From: Eledone cirrhosa | Taxonomy: Eukaryota | Length of the DNA stretch: 64,000 bases | Assembly: GCA_964016885.1 (NCBI GenBank) | Contig: OZ024741.1 | Span: 354,888,001-354,952,000, forward strand | Reading direction: 5' to 3' | In this document: positions 52,936-64,000 of the stretch, piece after piece | How positions within the stretch are numbered: the stretch's first letter is position 1 | Layout of the letters: every line of letters begins with the position of its first letter | Notes under the pieces: generated by a model | What the model was told of the DNA's origin: nothing | What the model saw: only the letters and a program-made list of their open reading frames with translations | Database searches by the model: none | Position numbers and translations under genes: made by a program

Positions 52936-53179
52936 ATACATATACATGTACACACACACACATACATACATATAGAGACCACTAATCCTGTGTGTGTGTG
53001 AGTTTTTAATATAAATTTCTGCCTTACCCCAATTCTTAATGTGGGTCGGTTATATAACATAAATCATCTTGACATTACTGCTGTTAACCAAATTCCTGCA
53101 GACTTCAGCAGTAAGTTTGTCAAATGAATTTCACATGATGCCCTGTAGCAGGCTGTCCAATACACAAACACTGCTCCCC

Positions 53180-53329
53180 ATACTACTATTACTACTACTA
53201 CTACTATTACTACTCACATATACACACACACATATATATATGTTTATATATATATATGTTTATATATATATATATATACACACACACACATATACATACA
53301 TACATACATACACACACACACATATACAT

Positions 53330-53362
<33 letters not shown>

Positions 53363-54535
53363 TACACATATATATGTTTACATATATATATATATATATA
53401 CACACACATACATACTTACATACATACATGCACACACACACACATATGTTTACATATATATATATATAAATATATACACACACATATACATACTTACATG
53501 CATACATGCACACACATACACACACACATACATACATATATATACATTTAAAATCAGAAGGCCGGACTGGAAACATTCTTTAAAGTTTTAATTTTGCAAA
53601 AACACTATACATATTGCAATGTCCCAGTTTCAATATAATGGTATAGATATATATCTGTGTGTGTTTGTGTGCATGTATGTATGTAAGTATATATATATAT
53701 ATACACATGTATGTGTGTGTGTGTGTGCATGTATGTATGTAAGTATATATATATATATATATATATGGTGGCTGCCAACTCGTTTTCGAGTACGGCCACT
53801 ACTTTATATCCATGTAGGAGAACTCCTACTGATGCGCTAAACAAGTGTGACTTTTTAGTCCAGCCAGCGACTTGAAAACTCTGGTACAAACACTACACTT
53901 GTGACAATTATTGACACATAGTGCTGGGCCCATGGTACCATGTGATGACAAGTGCAGAGAGATCTCCAGATATAAAGCAATGCCTGTGCTGTGAAGCTTT
54001 TATAGTGAGGAAAGGCACTGCACAAAGCCAGTCCCACTCTCTTAACCAAGATGATATTTACCAAAAAGAAGAACAAGTCAACATCATTGGATACCATCAG
54101 GGTTGCAGGTGTTATATCAGAGTTTTCCTTCTCCTAGAATTCTGCCTTGACAAAGGCTAAGGGGTCATCTCTCCCGGTGATTTTGGATGGCCATTGACTC
54201 TTAAGAGCTCCTTTGCCCTTTGACAGGTTTTGTTTTTAGTCCTGCAGGATGTCCAAAGTCACCCTCCTCACCAAGAAACCTTGGTGGGGTTGCCAGTTTA
54301 GTCGCCAACAACCCGACCATGAGACAGGTTGTACTGGGATACATGTTACCAGTAGCACCAACTGGTGACCTGACCTATATATATACACACACATACATAT
54401 GTGTGTGCATGTATGTATGTAAGTATATATACACGTGTGTGTGTGTGTGTGCATGTATGTAAGTATATATATATGTGTGTGTGTATATGTGTGTAGTAGT
54501 AGTAGTAGTTGTAGTATGTACATACATATATATAT
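53180..54535. repeat. Compound (TAC)n/(CA)n/(TA)n/(CATA)n microsatellites flanking a decayed LINE-like insert (~53766-54376)
   Basis: Direct reading; the left tract (53180-53545) and the right tract (54400-54535) are mirror-oriented. Confidence 0.75.
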
Positions 54536-54949
54536 GGACATACCTTATGATCTATATGAATGAAACAATTCTAGTCCTAAATGATGCTTACACTCTACTA
54601 ATGTATTAAGTACCTTTTGTAAGTGTGGTTACCCCCCCTCACCCCAACATTAATTGGGATCTATCTTTATATATTTATAAATACAAACATGTTTGTATAT
54701 ATATATATATATACATACGCACTATCATCATCAGCAGCAGCACCATTTAACATCCATTTTTCCATGCATGCTAACATGGGTTAGATGAGTTGCCCTCTAT
54801 CCAAGCTAGTGACCACGCCTCCATCACTATCATTGCTTAGGTATTCTCACCATCACTACATCCATACATCCATAACATCATACTTAGCTTTCTTCTTTCC
54901 TCCTCCACCTCCTTGCAGAGAAGGGAAGGTTCTTCATTTGGGACAATAA

Positions 54950-55420
54950 TTGACAACTTCTCTAGTTTTGGTGCCTCAAAAATGCACCCAGTACACCCTG
55001 TAAGGTGTTTGGTGATAGGAAAGGCACCTTGCTGTAGAAACCATATCAAAAGAGTTGAGAGAACTCTTCAGTTGTGTCAACTGCATGACAACATCTCTAG
55101 TGTTTATGAACTACACAATAAATGCTCCCAGTACATGCTGTGAAGTGTTTGGTGATAGGAAGAGCATCCACCAGAGAAAGCTTGCCAAAGAAAGGTGTTG
55201 GGAGGATCCTTCAGTTGTGTCAAGGACATGACAATCTTCCTAGTGTTGATGATTTACATGACAAACACAATCAGTACATACTGTAAAGTGGCTGGTAATA
55301 GGAAGGGCATCCAACTGTAAAAAGCTTTCCAAACAAAGGGTTAAGAGGCCTCTTCATTTGTGTCAAATATGATAACCTCTCTAGTGCTGGTGTTACAATA
55401 AAATGCATTTAGTAAAGCAT
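54950..55420 (+). repeat. Degenerate tandem repeat (~140-bp unit, 3-4 copies) derived from an RTE/SINE tail
   Basis: Recurring cagtaca..ctgt.a.gtg..tggt.atagga...gca.c ... tcttcagttgtgtcaa..catgacaa..ctagtg. Confidence 0.7.
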
Positions 55421-56766
55421 AGGACCATATGTAAATAAGAATGCAAGCTCTCACCCTGTCTGGGAAGTCAGTAGCCTGACTTCAGTACTGACTCGGTCTG
55501 TGGAGACCTATCCAACCATTAGTAGCAGGGAAACTGGAGGTTAAATGATGATTTCGAGGGACAAAAGGGGGCGTTTGGTCTAAATGGGTTGAGAACCAGT
55601 GCTCTAAACGAAAGATAACCAAAAAAGATATGTCTGTAAGGGCCCATAACTCCTGATGGAATGTAAAGGTGTGTTGTAGTGCCATATAGCATGTCTTGGG
55701 CATTTTAAACTTGGCAGAACCCATTCCCTCTCTAAGTCTGAACACAATCAAATTCTTCCAGAGAAGGGGAGAAAAAAATGATAGAAATGAAGTGAGAAAG
55801 AGATATAGATGAATCGATCCCACTACTAGACTGGTTCTTTTTTTATTGATCTTGAATTGAGCTCGGTGGGTTTTAAATGCAGAGGGCTGAAAGCCAGAAT
55901 GAATACCACAAAACATTCTATCTAACAACTCTGCCGATTTTCCACCTAAGAATGTTATAGAAATATTAAAAAGTTTTTTTTTTTTTTTCCACTTTTTATT
56001 GAATAAAACCTTTAAACAACAATATCTTATAGAGAAAACACACATCATCACCACCATCACCTCGATAAGCAAAATCTCCACCACTAGCAATAAACACTTG
56101 CAACAGAAGTTAAACAGAGTTTATGTTAACAACTCAGATGTGAAGGCATGTAGCTTTGTGTTTAGGGTGTTCAGCTTACAATTGAAAGGTTGTGAATTTG
56201 ATTCCTGGTGGCATGTTGTGTACTGAAGCATGATATTTTATTTCATGTGGTTCTTGTCCACCTCGATGGCAACATTGAGTTGTACCTGTGATTCAATACT
56301 GCGTCACACAGAATCTCCACAAGAGTAGGCTGTTCCATTGATCAAACAACAGGGACACTAATTGTTGAAACCAACAAAGGTAACAAATGGAGAACCTATG
56401 AAGGTCCAGCAGCAAGAACAGTTGATAATGAATTATATTACAAACTTTGTTGCTATTTTTTCTATGAATATAATGTGAGAAATTTATTCCACACAATCAT
56501 CATCATCAGCACTGTTTTATGTTCATTTCCCACACTTGCTTGGGTTAGATGAGTTGTTATATTATGATGCTAGACAGGTCAGGTGACCACAACTTGCTCA
56601 TACAGATCTATTTTTAGAAAGGTTTTCTATGCCTGGATGCCCTTCCTAATGCTAATAACATTACAGCTTATACGGACGTAAAACGATGATGATGATATAT
56701 ATATATATAAATTGAAATAAAAACATCTCCATTTCATTGTTCTGTATATATATATATATATATATA

Positions 56767-57040
56767 AAAGTCTGTCTGAAGCCAGAAGGCTCATTTGGCT
56801 GGTACTTATCCCGGTTTCATGGCGGGAAGCAACTGAGAGTACAAGACTCCCCCCTGGACAGGATGCCAGTCCATCGCAGGGTTAAACCTCCAACTATTGC
56901 TGGTACTCATTTTCAGCTGAGTATACTGGAGCAACGTGAAATGAAGTGTTTTGCTCAAGAACACAACACGCAGCCCAGGAATCGAACCCACAACATTATG
57001 ATCGTAAGTCCAACACTTACCGCTAGGCAATGTGCCTCCA
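56767..57040 (-). mobile_element. tRNA-derived SINE with a V-domain-like segment
   Basis: A/B boxes (tgcctagcgg..gggttcgattcc) and cctgcgatggactggcatcctgtccaggg; flanked by (TA)n. Confidence 0.7.
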
Positions 57041-57047
57041 CTGTATG

Positions 57048-57094
<47 letters not shown>

Positions 57095-57304
57095 TGTTTA
57101 TCTGCTCTTTCTTTACAAGAAAAGTCCAAAGTGTGAAGTTCACAAATTCACGATCGTTTCCTTATGTCATTATACAATGGATGGACTCTTTCTTTATCAG
57201 TAACAAATATTTCTACAGTTTACAATTCATAAGTTAAATTTAGTATTAATTCTTAACATAATGGTTTAGTAGAAAATATCTAAAAACACGTTTGTTAATT
57301 AAAA

Positions 57305-57637
57305 TGGAGGCACATGGCTTAGTGGTTAGAGTATTGGGCTTGCAATCGAAAGGTTGTGAGTTCAATTCTCAGACTGGGTGATGTGTTGTTTCCTTGAGCA
57401 AGACACTTTATTTCACATTGCTCCAGTTTACTCAGCTGTAGAAATGAGATGATAGGGACTGGGGTCCCTATCATTCCACTGCAAAGTGGTCGTGGAGGTG
57501 CCACAGCAAAAAAAGCACCCAGCACTCACTGTAAATGAGGTTGGTGTTAGGAAGGGCATCCAGCTGTAGAAATCAAGCCAGAATCAGTTCCCGTCCCACC
57601 CTTGCAAGCAGGGAAAAGAGGACGTAAAATGAAATGA
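57305..57637 (+). mobile_element. tRNA-derived SINE with an RTE-derived 3' tail (partial duplicate 59336-59596)
   Basis: tggcttagtgg..gagttcaattc head; tail ggtgttaggaagggcatccagc shared with RTE 3' ends. Confidence 0.75.
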
Positions 57638-57929
57638 ATGTATCATTACTGGCAGGCAGATTGTTGTGAAAATTTGTAATTTCAATATTTAATGTGATGC
57701 AGTCATAGTGATATTTTGTAATTTTCAAGAATGTTTTTGCTAATGTGTTTCATATAGAGCATATTGTTGAGAGTTAATGCAATGCAGTCATAGTGTAGTT
57801 TAGTATGATGTTATGTGGTTTCATGCAGTACAGGGTACTAATAGTTAAGCATATATAACTTTATATATATATATATAAAACTGTGAAATCTTAATCTTGT
57901 GGTGTGCTTGTTGTTGTGGTGGTGGTTGG

Positions 57930-58700
57930 ATGGTTCTGTTGTTGGTAGTAGTGATGGTGGTGGTGGTTGTGGTGGTGGTAGTAGTGATGGTTGTGGTGGT
58001 GGTAGTAGTGATGGTTGTGTTGTTGGTAGTAGTGATGGTTGTTTGTTGGTAGTAGTGATGGTTGTGGTGGTGGTAGTAGTGATGGTTGTGGTGGTGGTAG
58101 TAGTGATGGTTGTGTTGGTAGTAGTGATGGTTGTGTTGTTGGTAGTAGTGATGGTTGTGGTAGTAGTGATGGTTGTGTTGTTGGTAGTAGTGATGGTTGT
58201 GTTGTTGGTAGTAGTGATGGTTGTGGTGGTGGTAGTAGTGATGGTTGTGGTGGTGGTAGTAGTGATGGTTGTGGTGGTGGTAGTAGTGATGGTTGTGGTG
58301 GTGGTAGTAGTGATGGTTGTGGTGGTGGTAGTAGTGATGGTTGTGGTGGTGGTAGTAGTGATGGTTGTGGTAGTAGTGATGGTTGTGGTAGTAGTGATGG
58401 TTGTGGTGGTGGTAGTAGTGATGGTTGTGTTGTTGGTAGTAGTGATGGTTGTTTGTTGGTAGTAGTGATGGTTGTGGTGGTGGTAGTAGTGATGGTTGTG
58501 GTGGTGGTAGTAGTGATGGTTGTGTTGTTGGTAGTAGTGATGGTTGTGGTGGTGGTAGTAGTGATGGTTGTGGTGGTGGTAGTAGTGATGGTTGTGGTGG
58601 TGGTAGTAGTGATGGTTGTGGTGGTGGTAGTAGTGATGGTTGTGGTGGTGGTAGTAGTGATGGTTGTGGTGGTGGTAGTAGGGATGATGAGGATGGTGGT
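57930..58700. repeat. 24-bp minisatellite (ggttgtggtggtggtagtagtgat)n with shorter variants
   Basis: About 30 units read directly. Confidence 0.92.
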
Positions 58701-58807
58701 GGTTGTGTAGTTGATAATGTTGAAAGTTTTACCAGGGCTTTTGCATCAAACTATTTAATATAGTATATTATTTATGGTACCCAAAACAAATTAATTTGGG
58801 ACCCTTA

Positions 58808-58848
<41 letters not shown>

Positions 58849-59593
58849 GATATGTCTCATATGAAATAATACAGCCAATTTTCCACGCAATACTTTTAGT
58901 TAGCACCCCGAACACATAATTAGGAATATAATCACTTATTTCCTAATGTTTGTTGAGTGAGTTGGAATTTGGCCGGAGTATCGCTAAAAAGCTTTCTCCG
59001 ATATTGTATTTATTTATTTACTCTTGGTGCAACAGATTTGAATTTCCCGGTATAAGGTTAGGCTTTCTTTGTTTATTTTTTATATATGAATATTGATTGT
59101 TCCTTATATCTCATTCTGTTATTTTGCCCGAGAAAATATCTGTGTGTGTCATCAAATGTTGTTCACACATAGATATTTTTTCAATTTCCAATTGAGTTCT
59201 AGCACGTGGCCTGAATTCCTTTTAGAATTCATTGTCATGCGCATGTATTGTTTTTTTTGGCGGTAATTTACTTCCTCATTTTTTAATCAGTTTGAGCATT
59301 TCTTTAGAACTGCTGGACTGGCAACCTGACACTTTATGAGCAAGACACTTTATTTCACATTGCTCCAGTTTACTCAGCTGGAGAAATGAGATGATAGGGA
59401 CTGGGGTCCCTATCATTCCACTGCAAAGTGGTCATGGAGGTGCCACGGCAAAAAAGCACCCAGCACTCACTGTAAATGAGGTTGGTGTTAGGAAGGGCAT
59501 CCAGCTGTAGAAATCAAGCCAGAATCAGTTCCCGTCCCACCCTTGCAAGCAGGGAAAAGTGGACGTAAAATGAAATGATGATGATGATGATGA

Positions 59594-59631
<38 letters not shown>

Positions 59632-60194
59632 GTCCCAAATTAACATAACAACACAAGCACACCACAAGATTAACCTTTGCTGTTCAGCATCATCATCATT
59701 ATCATTGATAGAATCATTAGAGTGACAGACAAAAGGATTTGCGACATTTGTTCAGGCTCTTTATGTTTTGAGTTCAAATCCCACAGGGGTCAACTTTACC
59801 TTTCATCGTTCTGGGGTCAATAAAAGTACCCATTGAGTTACTGAGCTACAAGAAATGAACAAATAAACATTGGTATCAACAAGAAAGAGGTAGAGGGCAG
59901 GAGGCAAACACTACCACCACCATCATCATTACCATAACCACCAACTACAACCACTACTGTTATCATAAAAACCACCATCACCATTACCATCACTACTACC
60001 ATAGAGTTACGGCCCTTGCCATTCTGAGTTCAAATCCTGCCGAGGTTAACTTTGCCTTTCATCCTTACGGGGTTGATAAAATAAAGTACCAGTAATACAC
60101 TGGGTATTTGCTGGCCTTGTACCTAACGTAGAAACAATTATTATCACTACAATGTCACCATTGCTACCCTCCCCCCCAATCACCATCATCACCA

Positions 60195-60715
60195 CCACAC
60201 ACACATATATATATATACTTACACACACGCACACATATACATACACACACATATACATACACACACACATATACATACACACATATACATACACAGACAT
60301 ATACATACACACACACGCATATACATACACACCATATACATACACATGCACACATATACATACACACACATATACATACACACACATATATACATACACA
60401 CACATATACATACACACATACATACATACACACACATATACATACACAGACATACATACACACACACACCCATATACATACACACACATATAGATGCACA
60501 CACATACATACACACACACACGCATATACATACACACCATATACATACACATACATATACATACACACACATATACACACACATACATACACACACACAT
60601 ATACATATACATACACACACATATACATATACATACATACACACACATGCATACACACACATATACATACACACACATATACATACACACACACACGCAT
60701 ATATACATACACACT
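60195..60715. repeat. Compound (CA)/(TA)/(CATA) microsatellite; similar tract at 62865-63200
   Basis: Direct reading; flanked by a duplicated ttatcactacaatgtcacc...ccccc..atcacca segment (60140-60195 / 60717-60770). Confidence 0.9.
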
Positions 60716-61198
60716 ATTATCACTACAATGTCACCGTCGCTACCCCCCCTCCCATCACCACCATTATCACTACACCATTGTCACTAAATCTCTTGCTTCA
60801 AATAGTTAAGGAAGTGTGAACATTTAACACATGACATCCAGGAGTAGATACACAGCCTTACCTCCCAACAATAACAGACCCAGGTAAAACCAATGACCTC
60901 CCTAACATATTTGTTCCATTCACACTGTGTGCATGTGTGTGTGTGTGTGTGCATGTGTGTGTCTGTCTGTATATGAGTCTGTGTGTCTGTATAAGTATGT
61001 GTGTGGAGGTATGTGACCTAGTGATTAGTGTGTTCGGCTGACAGTCAAGAGTTCAATTCTCAGCAGTGTGTTGTGTCCTTGACTAAGACACTTTATTTTA
61101 TGTTGCTCCATGTACTATACATGCACCTTTGATGAGTTGTAATACACCTGAGCACTGTACACAATAATTTCATTATTATTATTATTTATTCAGCTATA

Positions 61199-61390
61199 GG
61201 GCGGTGGATTGGCAGTATCGGTAGAGGGTCGGACGCCATGCTTTGCAGCAAAGAGTTACGGCCATTTATAGTCTGAATTTAATTCCCGCCGAGGTTAACT
61301 TTGCCTTTCATCCTTATGGGGTCGATGAAATAAAGTACCAGTAATGCACTGGAATAATTGCTGGCCTTGTGCCAAAAGTAGAAATAATTA
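61199..61390 (+). mobile_element. Full-length tRNA-derived SINE inserted in an older SINE
   Basis: A box tggcagtatcgg; TSD attattatttattcagcta at 61178-61196 and 61387-61405. Confidence 0.85.
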
Positions 61391-61465
61391 TTATTTATTC
61401 AGCTAGAAAAAATGAGTTGTACTTGTAATTCATAGGGCCAGCACTGTCACTCACTGTGTTATGCT

Positions 61466-62724
61466 ACGAGGGTGAGCTGACTATGAAGGAGTGATGCTAG
61501 TGCTGTGAAATCTTGCATTTATTAATTTCAACACTTCTTATTAACAACTGTGTTGTTTATTTCCGTGTAACCTGATATCTGACTGCTCAAAGAAGACTTC
61601 AACAGTAACTAGTAGTGACTTCTCTTGAAAATGGCCAAAATTTGGCATCATGGTGTTATCAAGTACCTGCAAAAAAAGGGTTTAGCCCATGAGGACATTC
61701 ACGCTGACATGGTTGCTACATTGTGGGATGATGCTCCAGCTTTATCAACAATGCAAAAGTGGGCAGCTGAATTTAGGAGAGAAAGAGAGAGTCTTGAAGA
61801 AGACCCAAGGTCTGGATGTCCTGCAACTACCACCATCGAAGAAAACATTGAGTGTGTTCACCACATGGTAATGGATGACAGGTGACTGACTATAATTCAA
61901 ATAACCAATGCTATTAGCATATCCCGTGAGAGAGTTAAGAATATTCTGCACAACAAACTTGGCATGACAAAGGTTTCTGCTTGGTGGGTGCCATGTCTTC
62001 TGACACCTGATCAAAAGTGCATGAAGCTGATCACATCACGGGAAAATCTGACATTGCTTGAAGCAGATCCAGTTGGTTTCCTTGAACATTTCCTAACCCA
62101 GGATGAGTGTTGGGTTCATCATTTTGAGCCAGAGACAAAGAGACAATCCTTGCAGTGGAAACACCCTTCCTCATCTGCTCCAAAGAAGGCCAATGTCGTT
62201 TCATCTGAGAGAAGGTGATGGCCTCAGCATTTTGGGATGCAAAAGACATTGTGCTAATTGACTATCTTCAAAAGGGCCACATCATCAATGGAGAGTACTT
62301 GATAAGGCATTTACAAAAGGCTATCAAGATAAAATGCTCAGGAAAATTGACAAAAGTGGTCTTGTTTCATCAGGACAATGTTCTAGCACACAAGTCCTTG
62401 GTTTCAATGGCTGCTGTGTATGACTGGCTTTCAACTGGTTAATCACCCTCACTATTCTCCTGACTTGGCCACATTTAACTATCATCTGTTTCCCAGCATA
62501 GGCTGGGAACCAGTATCACAGTGATGATGATGTCATGTCTGTTGTTGTTGACAGTTTTGACCAACAGGATGAAAGCTTGTTCACCAATGGAATCCAAGCA
62601 ATGCAACATATATGGAAGAAGTGTGTGGACTGCAAGAGGGATATATGTTGAAAAATAGCCCGCTTTTGGTCACTTTCCATGAGAATATCTTGGTCAGTCT
62701 ATGAACTTTTCAGCCGATCCTCGA
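61466..62724 (+). mobile_element. Mariner transposon (~1.26 kb), transposase pseudogene
   Basis: HTH N-terminus (IHADMV...W..EF..R.SLE.DPRSG.P), WVP, TQDECW, QDN, YSPDLA motifs; TA + cgaggg ... cctcg termini; stops and frameshifts. Confidence 0.9.
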
Positions 62725-64000
62725 AAATCTCCTAGAGAATTACATTTAGGATACAATTGGCTATGGAGTGCTCAGCCGCCGGCACCTAATTTCATGAACA
62801 GTTGTTCTGTTGAACAACTGGAATTCTCATTGGCACTGACAGAGGTCCAGCAACAACATGATGAATGTGTGTGTATCTATGTTTATGTGTGTGTATATCT
62901 ATTCATATGTGTGTGTTTATGTTGATCTGTGTGTCTATGTTTATGTGTGCGATTGTGGGGATGGTCTATGTATGTATGTTTGTGCCTATGTGTATCAATG
63001 TATTTATATCTGCACATGTTGTCTTTCCATGTGTGTGTGTGTGTGCATGTGTTGTCTGTGTGTACATGTGTTGTATGTGTGTACATGTGTTGCATTTGTG
63101 TATGTATGTGTGTCTATATATGTGAGTGTGTATGAGTATCTATGTGTGTGTGTAGCTATGGGGGATAGTTTGTGTGTGTGTCTATACTTGTGTATGTGTG
63201 TATAATTAAAATTATGTTGGAATATTTTAATTTAAATAGGAACCATTTAAAATGGGTTGTTTTATTTCATAGAACCAGGGGTGGTTTAAGGTGGGTTGGT
63301 ATCAAAAGAGTTAAAGCAGTCAGCTTCACTCACACCTCTAATACTTTTGAAGGAAATCCTGAAAGTCACAGATTCCCACTCCTATCCTAAATATATATAT
63401 ATATAAGAGCTTTGTACCTTGTCAAAATAAATTGATAAATTACATTTATGGACAGTTTCATCCTGTTACGGCACAGAACCATAAATATCAATGTTAGTGA
63501 CATTTTTAAAGGATTATGTCATGTTATTTTTATGACCTCAGACAAATAATACTTTCCTTAAAATGAGTGCAGGGTTTAAAATGTAGGTATATAGCAGGGT
63601 GGTATTTAGAGACACCCTGTGCGATGAAATACAAGACCCAAAAAGGGCGGAGGAGCTCGGCAGAGTCAACAGACATCAAAATCTTTTTTTTTTTGTTTTC
63701 TATTCCACCTGGGAGTGAAAGGCCTCCAGTTGTTGTCACAACACCTTTCTAAGAGGGGTAAACTCTGAGAAAAAAAAACCTCCGGCTTCGGAAGCATCCG
63801 ATGATGTTGACCAGTTCTCCTTTTCGGGCAGTGTTTTCGATGCTCAGAGAGTGGGATTGGTCGAGTGCAAGACCTTTCCCCTCTTAAAAAACCTTCAAAG
63901 CACTGGCATTGCTTGTTCAGGATGTGTTACAGGTTTGTGTGGCAGGCCGTAGCCTAAAAGTGCACCAAACTCTATAATCTGACAAGCGATTGCAATACTC

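Noticed and set aside
57899-58763. Long ORFs (poly-Val; GSSDGCGG repeats)
   Set aside because: Products of a stop-free 24-bp minisatellite, with frame switches at 23-bp variants and no splice or start context
60046-60819. Cys/Val/Tyr- or His/Thr-rich ORFs (also 53069-53889, 62858-63205)
   Set aside because: Translations of CA/TA microsatellites
61199-61290. tRNA genes at A/B-box-containing sites
   Set aside because: These are SINE heads followed by SINE cores and tails with TSDs; no cloverleaf

Overview
This is AT-rich, microsatellite- and transposon-dense eukaryotic DNA, most likely from a coleoid cephalopod (octopus-like). That assignment is inferred from the C2H2 zinc-finger array style, the SINE/RTE families and the repeat content. 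Two spliced host genes could be read by hand. (1) Six coding exons of BPNT1 (3'(2'),5'-bisphosphate nucleotidase) lie on + at 3629-21545; the first coding exon is not found and is presumably upstream of the window. (2) A convergent 3-coding-exon gene on - (29630-26400), not visible as a whole in the ORF track, encodes a 94-aa protein with a single TRAF/SIAH-type zinc finger. The 12.4-kb BPNT1 intron holds a Naiad-like Penelope element with direct plus inverted pseudo-LTRs and an antisense, frameshifted C2H2 gene of about 20 fingers. The rest is a decayed TE landscape: RTE, Tx1/L1 (apparently TATC-targeted), R4/Dong-like, CRE-like and I/RTEX-like LINEs, nested non-autonomous LTR elements, two mariners, a Helitron, TTAA MITEs and several tRNA-derived SINE families. 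Exon coordinates were checked base by base. TE boundaries are approximate unless a TSD is given. No database searches were run.
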